DNA of 64,000 bases from assembly GCA_038496445.1 (NCBI GenBank), contig JALMLS010000062.1:1-64000 (forward strand). The letters are read 5' to 3'. This stretch comes from Trichosphaerium sp. ATCC 40318 (Eukaryota; Protista; Tubulinea). Of this stretch, positions 49,701 through 61,062 are shown in pieces (positions within the stretch are counted from its first letter, which is position 1; every line of letters begins with the position of its first letter). The position numbers and the translations under genes are program-made. The notes under the pieces were generated by a model that saw only the letters and a list, made by a program, of their open reading frames with translations, had not been told where the DNA came from and ran no database searches.

Positions 49701-51870
49701 GCGATTAGGTGTAGCGTTATTAGACCTAACTTAAAATTATCTGTGTCACGTGATAAAAAAAAGTACGCAGACAACGTGTCCGAGCACTTCTTTTTTTTGG
49801 AATAAACTAAGAAAAATCGGAGGAAAATATTTTTTTGTTGTTTTTACAGTTCGTCTTTCTTATACTTTTTCTAGGGATATGGCACTTGTAAAATTATTAA
49901 AAACAGAGCGCTTTGCTGGCTACAAATCTACTATTATTTATGTAACATTCCAAGTACGAAGAACTCTTCTTTGCAGTGTTTTTTTGAAATAACAAATGTA
50001 TTGACTTCTCTTGTAGAGACAAGCGGATGAGTTGGCTGCTTACTTGTCTTCTTGTGGATTTACAGCCTCAGCGTATCATGCTGGTAGACACACTAAAGAC
50101 AGGCGTCTTGTTCAAGAGCAGTTCACTGAGAACAAAGTGCCTATTGTAGTTGCAACTATTGCTTTTGGTATGGGTCTTAACAAACCGGATGTACGCTCAG
50201 TTATTCATTACTGCATGCCAAAGAGTCTTGAGAATTACGTTCAAGTACGTGACTAGTGTTTTTTTGACTTGAAACGTTCTTGTTTGTTTCACCAAATGTT
50301 TATCTTGATTTAGGAAGTGGGTCGTGCTGGTAGGGATGGCTTGGAATCTAACTGTCACGCACTTGTTGATGACGACGATTATTGGAACTTGCGATCTCTG
50401 GCGCATGCTAATACAATTGGCCGTTCAGCAGTTAAACGGTTACTGTTAAAAATATTCCCAGCCAAAGAAAGGTACATAAACATGTTCCTCAAAACAAAAT
50501 GAGCTTCTGAGTGGGTTATCCGAACTGATTTCTCATATTTGCTTTTTCGAACATCAATCCGGCTGAGTAGCATAGTGGTTATTGCACCTGCCTTGTAAGC
50601 AGGGGGTCGTGGGTTCGACTCCCACCTTAGCCTTTTTGCCATATTTTATTTGCTTACAATCTGTTTTTACAGCCTTCAAACGTCTTGGCAAATGCTCCAA
50701 CAGGAAGAGCTCTCGTTGGAATCTGATGTACGCGAAGCAACCCTTAGAACTCTCTTTGTGTGGCTGGAAGCAATGGGCTTCATTGTATTGAATCCAGGTA
50801 CGCGATCGCAGTGTACTTTTTTCGTTTACCTAACAGTACTTTACCTTAGACGCTAAAGTATCCTGTACACTAAACTTCTACAACACGTCGCCAGAAAAAC
50901 TTCAAAAAAGCAATGCCATGATAGAAACAGCTATAAAAATAGCAAAGAGATCACGCCATGGTACTCATATTAACCTGTGACAAGTCTTTTGAAGATTTAC
51001 GCCTTTCTAGGATATACATTCCGAGTTGACAAGGTCGCTCATAAACACGACCAAAAGGTGGAACATATCATTGCGCAATTATCTAGACTCATGGTAAGAG
51101 TATCAACTCGTCATAAATTACAACTAACGAGAATAAGGATTCCAAGGAGATCGTCTATGAACTTGACACGAAAGCTTTTTATATTACCATAAAATCGAGG
51201 CCAAAAAATATCGATAAACTCATTAGCGATATCTCAGAACGTGTTCTGTGTCTTGAAAAGAATACGCTCTATAAGATTAATAAGGTATTTAAGTCATTGC
51301 GTGAGCATAGTCATTGCAGCGTAACGTCTTTTCTGGAGAGCTTAAAGGACGATGAAAATTCTTCGAAATTAAATGAGGATATAAATAAGTACTTTTCTTC
51401 AAGAGTTCAAGCCACTGATGATACAAAACCTGTTATTGATTCTGGTTTGGAAAGCAACTTGGATTATCTTCGCAAGGATCTTAAGAACTGTCTTGATCGT
51501 GCACCACAGATACAGGTACGCCCTAAACTCGTAAACAAACAAATAAGTTTTCTTTATTGTTCTTCTGTTCATCACGTGCTTATAAATTTTTTTTTAGTCT
51601 GGACGACAACTTGCACGTATTTTACATGGTCTAAGTAGTCCTAAGGTACGATAATAACTCAAAATCGACAAATTTATTACAAGATAAACTTGGTTTTTTT
51701 TGTCGTTATCTTTCTGTTTTTTTTTTTTTGAACTGTACAGCCTTTCTTACTCTGTTTTTTTTTTATAGTTCTCTGCAATACACTGGTGTTCTAATACGTA
51801 TTGGAAGAAGTATAAAACATACGACTTTAATTATCTTGCTCAACTTGGGACAGAATTACTTGTACAATAA
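46792..51870 (+). CDS. RECQL4: RecQ4-type helicase with N-terminal Sld2-like domain
   Basis: N-terminal [21 protein letters not shown] (Sld2-like). Helicase motifs [64 protein letters not shown] and [13 protein letters not shown]-terminal [11 protein letters not shown]. Confidence 0.93.
50561..50633 (+). tRNA. trnT-UGU: tRNA-Thr(UGU), in a RECQL4 intron, same sense as host
   Basis: GGCTGAG TA GCATAGTGGTTATTGC A CCTGC CTTGTAA GCAGG GGGTC GTGGG TTCGACT CCCAC CTTAGCC T, followed by a T-run terminator. Confidence 0.95.
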
Positions 51871-52287
51871 ATTAAAAAAACATTACTTGTAAACGATATG
51901 GGTTTTATGACAACAATAGAAAAACACTGTTTTTGGAGTTTCGTGATGTGTAGCGTAGTATTGCCCAAAGAGCGCAACGACTCCCAAGTCAATGGGTTCT
52001 CCTAGATTTGTGTCTCTTTTAGCCGGGAAGTAGAAGTCTGGAAAAACCAGGTTTTTCTTTGCATTCATTGATTGTTTTGCCTTACCAACGTTCTCATAAA
52101 TACAAAGCAGCACCTCACTGTTCTCATTACTACAAAGTGTACGGCTAGTGGTAGTTAAAATTGGCATAGCTTGTAGTGTTAATTAACAAAAACAACCAAG
52201 TATGATGCGCAGCAAATAATGCGTTTGACAGCAGCTGACTTTTTATTTTTAGGTTGTTTTAATAGGCTGAGACACACGTGTGCTTTT

Positions 52288-54170
52288 ATGTCCCACAGTA
52301 TATTCGCGCTATTATTGTTTGTTTCCAGCGTAAGCTGCTTAGTTTTACATGACTTCGCACGTGGGGAAAACCGTACGACATGTCACAAATTGCCATTTTA
52401 AACTGTAGTTTTAGATTTCTTTAGTACGCCAGACATTTCCTGGATATCGCAGGACTCGTGGCCAGCAGAATCTTTTTTTGGTACGATGATACGATTAATC
52501 ACGTGCCCACAGCGTAGAGCTGGAGAAGCCTTTTTCTGGAGTAATGGAAATGGAATTTTTGTTATTTTAATCGTTCACTGCAAGCTTTCGTCCTTTTACT
52601 TTTCTTTTTATTTATTATTATTCTGACGACTTTTTTTTTGGAAACAGGATTCGTGGTTGGACTCCAACATCCAAATGTATCTGGTAAAATTGTTTTTATT
52701 CCAGAGTTAAATTGGGATACGAGTACGAAAAAGCGATAAAAAGAGGAGCGATAGCGGTAATACTTACATCACATGTTTTTGGTACTTTTTCTTTTACTTT
52801 TTTGTTACTCTATTTTCAGTCTTTACTGACTACCTTGTACAGAAGCTGGTATTTTGAATTATGCCCGATTCACAAATTTAAATGAGCCCTTACATTTATT
52901 GACACGAGCTTTACCAACAGTAGAAGGTTCTGGTGATAGATTCAAGGAAATATTTTACTTACTTGGATATAATAATAACGGCTCATTTTTCGAGTTCCCA
53001 TGCACTCTCTCTAATAACGGTACACCCAAATGCTAGCTAATAAATTAGTAATATGTACTAGATCCAAATCCATGGAAGGGCGTTGCATTCTATGGATCTG
53101 TACAAAACTACATCTTGCTCGTGTTATTTATAAGCTAATCCATTTTATAGCTTTTTATTTCGCTTGGTATTGGATTCTTGTGTCTTCTTGCATTGTCAAT
53201 GGCTTGTTACAAGATTTATGTAATAGCCAATACAAGCGGATTAGCTTTAACAGTTCAGTTGGCATGTCTTTATATTGAAGTATTTGCGAATACATGTACG
53301 CCGATTTTATTCTATTTCTGTCGTTTACTGGGTTTTTAGTGAGAAGTATTTTCATTATTATTGACCCACTATTCATGAGAAGAATATTTCCAGTAACTGT
53401 GTTCAGTTTCATGTCATTTGGACTTGTATCACTGTCTCTGGCAACAAGCGTTCTCATCGCATTTTACTGGTACGTCCCAAATAGTCTCGTTTAAAAATCA
53501 CGTGACATCTTTTGACATATTTCATTTTATTAAAGTTGCTTTAAGGCATGAGCTGCTGTATAATGCAAAAGATCTTAAGAGAGACGGCTCCACCTTCAGT
53601 ATCCAAAAACTATTGATTCCGAGTATCATTGTGATCACTATTCTTGTACTACTCGAGATAACAAATGGTGTTTTGTGGTCATTTGGTAAGAACCTTACTT
53701 TGATAGACGTATTCAATTCAATCTTGTTTGTTGCGTCATTTGGTTCTGGGTTATACTTGTTTATCACAGGGTCATTGGTGTTATGGAAACTTAGTAGAGT
53801 ACAAGCTAAAACAAAGACACTGAAAATGATCAAAATGGTAAGAAAGAACACCTTACTTTTTTCAAACTTGTTAGTGCAAGATGTTTACTGAACTTGCCTC
53901 TAGATTACAATACAAATAATGTCAAGTTCAATCTTCATCTTCTTTGTTGCGATTACAGGCATTGTGAGTGTATTCGGTGTATTTTCAGGTCCAGGAGGGT
54001 TCATAACGTTATTTGTTATTCATTGGATACCTTTGCTGTTGATAAGTATTATTCAAATATCAGCAATAAGACGAAAGCCAAAAGAAGAAAACTCAAGTTC
54101 CTCAAGTTCCAACGTTAAAACTAAATCCAAATCATCTGTTATGGAGCTTGGTCGTATCGAGAGTGTATAA
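52288..54170 (+). CDS. Signal peptide + PA-like ectodomain + 7TM receptor-like protein, paralog 1 (1-nt frameshift at ~52714)
   Basis: VSGKIVFIP...AIKRGAIAVIL (PA-domain-like), LPTVEG and DPNPW, then about seven hydrophobic segments. GGG here versus GGGG in paralogs 2 and 3 breaks the frame. Confidence 0.7.
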
Positions 54171-54759
54171 GAACGAACAGCTTTTGACTAATAAAGAAGG
54201 AGTGTTCTAATTTTAGCCGCTACAATAACTTGTACAATTAAACAATTATAGGCCGTTACCTCTATCATACCACTCAATCTTAAAATAATATTATATTGTC
54301 ACTGTCGCACAATCGCCTCAGGCGTAGGAGGATACACTCAATAGATGTCTCGTACATATTGAAGAGCAATAACCAAGGCACACTAATTAATACAAAGTGA
54401 AACGTCAATATCCCAGTGTAAGGAAGTGGTCTTGACCGCCCTTAGGGTAGACTGGTTTACAGCCTAAAGTGTCATATTTGTCACGTGATAATATAAACTT
54501 CAATGCTCGTAGAAATCCGTTTTTTCCCTATGCGCTGGTATGGAATAAATGTCAGCCTCACAGTTCCTACAACGTAACACAGCATTATTGTATGCCTTCG
54601 TAGTTTTAAACTGCCGCTTTTGCCAATAGATTGTTTGTAGTTTTTATTAACTAGCAGTACGAAATATGTCTGTACACACGTGGATGTAGTCTTGTACGAA
54701 CGTTTGACAGCAGCTGACTTTTACATTAGCATTTCCTCTGTAGTGACAACCACGCGTCC

Positions 54760-56623
54760 ATGATATTCAAAATCTTTCTAGGAGCCCTACTTATATCTAG
54801 TGTAAGCTGTTTGGTCATACACGCCCCAACAAGAAACTGTACGATCTTGTCACAAAATGCTGTATTTAACATTCGTTTAGATACCTTCAATACACCTGAT
54901 ATATCCTGGCTCTCGCAAGACTCGTGGCCAGACAAACCTATTGTTGGTACGAAAATACGATTAATCACGTGACCACAATGTAGAACTAGAGACCTTATTA
55001 TCGCCGTAATTAAAACGGATTTTATTATTGGTTATCATTCACTGCAAGCTTTCGTCCCTAACTTTTTCTAACGACTTTTTTTGTGAAACAGGGTTGGTTG
55101 TTGGATATCAACATCCAAATGTATCAGGGAAAATAGTATTCATTCCACAACTAAATTGGGGTTATGAGTACGCAAACGCGAGAAAAAGAGGAGCGATAGC
55201 GGTAATACTTACTTCACACGTTTTTGGTACTTTTTCTTTTATTTTTGAGCGTCACGTGTTTAAAGCACTATTTTATATTTTGTATCAGTCTTATCTGACT
55301 ACCTCATGTAGAAGCTGGTGTTTTAAATTATGCCCGATATACAATCCTAAACGAACCTATATATTTATTGAAACCAGGTTTACCAACAGTGGAAGGTTCT
55401 GGTGATGAGTTCAAAGACTCCTTTTATCTACTGTTACACAAAGTGTACGGAGAGTTTTTGGAGTTTCCATGCACGCTTTCACGTACAGGTATGCCCAAAA
55501 TACAACACGTATGAATAATTTAGGCACTAGATTCGAACCCATGGAAAGGCGTTGCATTCTATGGATCTGTACGAATTCTACATTCTCTGTTCTTTTTCTT
55601 GTTGATTGGTTTGTTAGCTGTTCATTTCGCTTGGTATTGGATTCTTGTGTCTTCTTGCATTGTCCATGGCTTGCTACAAGATTTATGTCTTTGCTAATAC
55701 AAGCGGATTAGCTTTAACGGTTCAGTTGGCATGTCTTTATATTGAAGTATTTGCGAATACATGTACGCCGATTTTATTCTACCTATTTCAGTCGTTTACT
55801 GGGTTTTTAGTAAGAAGTATTTTCATTATTATTGACCCACTATTCATGAGAAGAATATTTCCAGTAACTGTGTACAGTTTCATGTACTTGGGACTTGTTT
55901 CATTATCTCTAGCAACAACTGTTCTCATTGCGTTTTACTGGTACGAGCACGTGACTTTTTTTTTGGTTTTTTGACATATTTCATTTAATTAACTGCTTGT
56001 TTTTGAAGGAATGAGGTGCTTTACAATACAAAAATACTCAAGAACGATGATTCAACATTCAGTATCCAAAAATTTTTAATTCCGAGTATTATTGTGATCA
56101 CTATTCTTGTGTTACTCGACATGACAAATGGAATTCTGTGGTCGGCTGGTAAGAGTCTTACGCTGATAAAGGTATTCAATTCAATCCTGTTTATTGCATC
56201 ATTTGCTTCCGGGTCATACTTGGTAATCACAGGATCGTTGGTGTTGTGGAAACTTGATAGAGTACAAGGTAAATCAAAGACATTGAAAATGATCAAAATG
56301 GTAAGAAAGAACGCCTTACTTTTTATTAGCCAAGTGAAACTGTCTAATGAACTTGCCTCTAGATTACAGTACAGATAATGTTGAGTTCAATCTTCATCTT
56401 CATGGTTGCGATTACAGGCATTGTGAGTGTATTCGGTGTATTTCCAGGTCCAAAAGGGCTAGCAACGTTATTTGTTATTCATTGGATACCTTTGATGTTG
56501 ATAAGTATTATTCAAATATCAGCAATAAGACGAAAGCCAAAGCAAGGAAACTCAACCTCCTCGAGTGATAATATTAGTACCAGTCCAAAACCATCTGCTA
56601 TGGAGCTCGGTCGTATAGAGTGA
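54760..56623 (+). CDS. PA-like ectodomain + 7TM receptor-like protein, paralog 2
   Basis: Same exon structure and high similarity to paralog 1; frame intact. Confidence 0.8.
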
Positions 56624-57114
56624 GCACAAACAGCTTATTGTTTAATAAAGAAGAAATTGGTTTTTTTAATGTAGTGTCACGTATAGTAAGCTCTTTAACA
56701 CATAGGCACATGTCAATAAGTAGGGGTATTGCTGGTTCGTACTTCTATTGAGGTGCCAGTGGTTGGAACTTTGGTATCTCTGTTGTATACCGATTTTGTG
56801 ATTGTACGATTAGTCATTGTTGGTTAGTGCAGATTTAAATAAAGAATAAGCCTCTGCTCCCTGCCTCCTCTACGTGTGCTATGCGAATCACATCAGTGTA
56901 AAGTACGCTTACCCAGAAAAGCAACAAAATTAAACAATACTGTGGACAAATAATGTACCAAGTAACCAACGCCATTGTGACTGACTGTCTGGTACATGTT
57001 TCCTGGTACAAAAAGGTAACACAATAAAATATTCTCCTTGAACAAAAGTACAGTTGTAGCGGACTTGCTGCAGTTGAAATTCATTTATTGGGTGATTAAA
57101 CTGTATATTATTTA

Positions 57115-58032
57115 TTACTCCATAGTGCTGGCAAACTCGAAGAAAGCTTTGTGTGCCTCTTTGTACACAGGGTCTTTCTTAACCTTTTTATACAAAGAAG
57201 CAATCTTTTTAGGAAGCGCTTCCTTGTATCCGGTACCAATAGCTTGAGCCAGAGAAACGCAAAAAGCATAATCGGCCATAGATACAGAATACCCAACCAA
57301 GAAACGTGACTTCTTGAAGTAGTTCTTCTCGTAGAATGCTAACTATATCAAAGAGTAAGCAAATACAGAAAACACCAAAATTCAAGCGAAGTTGTTGAAC
57401 ATACCTCAGCTTGTAGTTTATCGGTGATTTCTTTTAGCTTATTAGGACACGGCTCTCTTTGCTTATACACCTTTGAAACAAAGCAATTCTCAACTGCGAA
57501 ATTGTTGCACGTGTTGAAGATATCACTACGAATAGATTGGTACGCTGAGTCAATCTAATGGAAAAAAAACAGAATTAGCAAGCGGTTCACAAAAAAAAAC
57601 GTGATATTACGTTTCCTTTAGAAAAGTTTGTGAAACGTACTGGAGCAAGTGCTACTGCGTTGTTTATAGGGTAAACAGTTGACGGGTTCTGGATGCTAAA
57701 ATACCTATTTGGGTGTAAGGGGATATACTATTTTTTGCCTTTGCGGAGAAAATGTGTTCTTGTATGTCACCTGAGAATAGCACTTGAGTCGCGTACTACA
57801 ACATCTCCTTCAGTTACAGATGGTACTTGGTGCTTTGGGTTTATCTTCAAGTAAGCTTCTTGTTTGTGCTCACCGTTGAGTAAATCTACAGGCTAAGAGG
57901 TACTGTATTGAGCAATAAAGTTTTCTGTTTGTTGCTGAGTACCTTGAGAGTTACGTCAGTGTTAGTGGCAAGAGCACCAATATGAGCAATACGACATGGA
58001 GCGGAGAGGAAAAGGTAGTGAATAGTAGCCAT
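57115..58032 (-). CDS. Glutathione S-transferase (theta/delta-like)
   Basis: MATIHYLFLSAPCRIA, LNGEHKQEAYLKINPKHQVPSV, RDSSAILRY and FLVGYSVSMADY. Confidence 0.88.
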
Positions 58033-58701
58033 TGGAGTTATAGTTTTGAGATAATGATCAAGTGATGCCAAGTCAGGAGACGGAACAGTTTCTAAAAAAG
58101 GAAGGAGAGCCGTGCCGGTTTTTTATTTTAATACAACTGTCCTCGGGAATATTCCGGCTTCTCTGAAATGTAAACCGACGCCTAAATTGTAGAGTTAACG
58201 GAGCAGTTTTACTACATAACATCCACGTCAACGTGCACGTGTACGATGGGCTATCTTCAACCGAAAAAAAAAACGTCATTAAACGATACTATCAATATTT
58301 CTTTCTAGCATGTTCAGTTTGCATGACAAAGTCTTCCCACTATGACTCCCAGCAAAATTTAATACAGTGATTGCCATAAATTAGACATGGCAAGTTCTTT
58401 TGCAACTAACTATACTCATTAGTACAAGAGGCTTCTCTCTTTTTTTTTACTGCCTTTGAACTTTGTATTGTTTTTGCTCCTATTAGCACCAAGTTGAATA
58501 TAACTGTTAACGGTTAGCCTCACAAACTTTTGCTCTACCTTTGCTCTATTCCATGTAATTTTCGTGCTCCATCTTTAACATCCAATAATTCAGCTGAGTC
58601 AATGAGCTTGACGCGCTATTCATTTCAAGGAGTGTATGCTAACTACGTGCCGTTAAAACTGTATTATCTATCACGTGATACAAAAACTGTTTTTATTCTC
58701 A

Positions 58702-60693
58702 TTACTCTAAATTTACAGAAGACGTTTGTGACCTAGTTCCATAATCAATTGAAGAAGCTCCTTCCATTATTTCCTGTTGTTTAGGCACAATCGCTGATAT
58801 CTGTGTGATACTTATCATAACTAAAGGAACCCAATGTGCTATATATAAACTTATGAACCCAGCCGGACTTGTAAATATGCCGAACATACTAATAACACTT
58901 GTGATTGATGATAAAAATATGAAGATTGCACTTAACAATATAAGTATTGTAATCTAAAGAATAATTGGTAATTAAGATGATATAGATTCAGCCTTACCTT
59001 TATTTTAGCCTTCACTACAAAAGAGTCCCTACCTTTGTATAATCCCCTTAATACCACGGACCCTGTGATTAACAAGTATAGTCCTGAAGCAAATGATGCA
59101 ATAAACAAACCCAAGTAACATGCTTTTATCAATGTAAGACTCTTACCAGCCGACCACAGAATTCCATTTGTCATGTCGAGTAACACAAGAATAGTTACAA
59201 CAATAATACTTGGAATTAAAAATTTGTTGAGTTGATATTTCGATGGACGAATGGAAAGCAGCCATTCATGCCTAACAAAGAAGGAATGCTGTTTAGTATA
59301 AAATTATCAAAGAAGTATAAAATACCACGTGATTACTTTGTGAACCCCACGTGATTTCATTTTTAAGACTTTTGTGACTCACCAGTAGAACGCAATGAGA
59401 ACAGTTGTTGCTAGAGATAATGAAACAAGTCCCAAGTACATGAAACTGTACACAGTTACTGGAAATATTCTTCTCATGAATATCGGGTCAATAATAATAA
59501 AAATACTTCTTACTAAAGAAACCTTGTAAGTGAAATAAACAAGCAGTAACAAAACTGTACATGTATTTGCAAATACTTCAATGTAAAGACAACCCAACTT
59601 AATGGTTAACCGTAATCCTTCTTCCGACTTGGCAGTGATGTAAATCTTATAACATGCCATGAATAGTGCGAGAAGACACAAGAATCCAATACCAAGCGAA
59701 ATGAACAACTAACCAACCAATCAACAAGAAAAAGAACAGAGAATGTAGAATTCGTACAGATCCATAGAATGCAACGCCTTTCCATGGGTTTGGATCTAAA
59801 ACACATTAACAACTGTAGTTTAACCATGGTCTATGCGTAATAGCCATACCTTGCCTCGAGAGAGTGCATGGGAACTCTAAAAAAGTACCATTTGTAGCGT
59901 ATCCTAGTAAGTAAAAGGATTCTTTGAACTCATCACCAGAACCTTCCACTGTTGGTAAAGCTGGTTTCAATAAACGCATTGGCTCGTTCAGGTTTGTATA
60001 TCGAGCATAATTCAAAATACCAGCTTCTTCATAAAGGTAGTTAGACAAGACTGACGAAAGAGCAAAAGAAAAAGAAAATACCAAAAACGTATGAAGTAAG
60101 TATTACTGCTATTGCTCCTCTTGTTCTCGCTTCTGCGTACTCGTATCCCCAATGTAAATTTGGGATAAATACTATTTTGCCTGATACATTTGGATGTTGT
60201 AATCCAACGACCAAACCTGTTTCACAAAAAAGTCGTTAGAAAAACAATCTTTTTCGGACAGACTGAAATAAGTGGAAGTTCGTTGAGCGATTTTTTTTCA
60301 CCACGCTATGGATAAAAGGGTATCCAATGTACTCCCCTGTAACATCGGGGTTTTGAAGCCCACCTGCGGAGACTGACCGGTCCCGATAGATGGTGAGAAA
60401 ACCCACTTCTAGAATACTTCCAGATTTATTTGCAGACAAACTGTAGATACAAAAAAAAAGAAAATGTGGCGTAAGCTCTACGGCCGTTTTTGCGTATCTT
60501 GTTCGTACCAAAGAATTGCTCCGAAGGCCACGAATCTAGAGAAAGCCAAGATACGTCAGGTGTATTGAAGTGATCTAAACCGTTAAAACAGCATTTTGTG
60601 TAACAAAATCGTACAGTCTCTTGTTGGGGCATGTATGACCAAGCCACTCACGCTAGCTACCATTAACGCGCATAAAAAGATATAGTAGACCAT
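58702..60693 (-). CDS. PA-like ectodomain + 7TM receptor-like protein, paralog 3 (inverted)
   Basis: MVYYIFLCALMVASVSGLVIHAP; same intron positions; tracts identical to paralog 2. Confidence 0.8.
60273..60422 (-). ncRNA. Structured ~150-nt GC-richer insertion in intron 2 of paralog 3 (candidate ncRNA or MITE-like element)
   Basis: Closed by TGGAAGT/ACTTCCA with internal stems GGGTTTT/AAAACCC, CTCACC/GGTGGG, GGGAC/GTCTC, TGGATA/TATCCA and AGCG/CGCT. Absent from the homologous introns of paralogs 1 and 2. Confidence 0.45.
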
Positions 60694-61062
60694 TGTACAG
60701 GCGTGTCTGTCACTGTAACGGAATTATAAATAGAAAAAAGTCGTTTGCTGTCAAGCACGTGTTGTATAGCGTCACACGACATTTGCTGTTCTTTTTATGT
60801 TCTAATATTACAAACAACGCTACGAAAAAGTTACCATTTTTAAAACAAGAACCTCGTACTTGTACCTTGGTACCAGGTGTCCTCTGAAAACGGACATGAA
60901 CAAAAAACGGAGTTGGAATTTTTTTTTGATTGAAACATTTTATCAGTTTCAAAGTCCTTGCTTGCTACCTCTCTACAAGCTTTCAAGGTTGTATTATTCA
61001 ACGGAAAAAAACTAAACCGCCCAATGTGGCGCAGCACTATCGCACCAAAATAAAAAACAGTT

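Noticed and set aside
50498-50530. Possible snoRNA upstream of tRNA-Thr (GGTTATCCG + CTGA, complementary to 18S CGGAUAACC)
   Set aside because: There is no RUGAUGA box C or terminal stem, and a 9-nt match may be chance.
51883-52167. 94-aa single-exon minus-strand ORF
   Set aside because: No recognisable motif or splice support; cannot be told apart from a chance ORF.
56690-57000. Possible small spliced gene downstream of GST
   Set aside because: Short, no motif, and no consistent exon chain.
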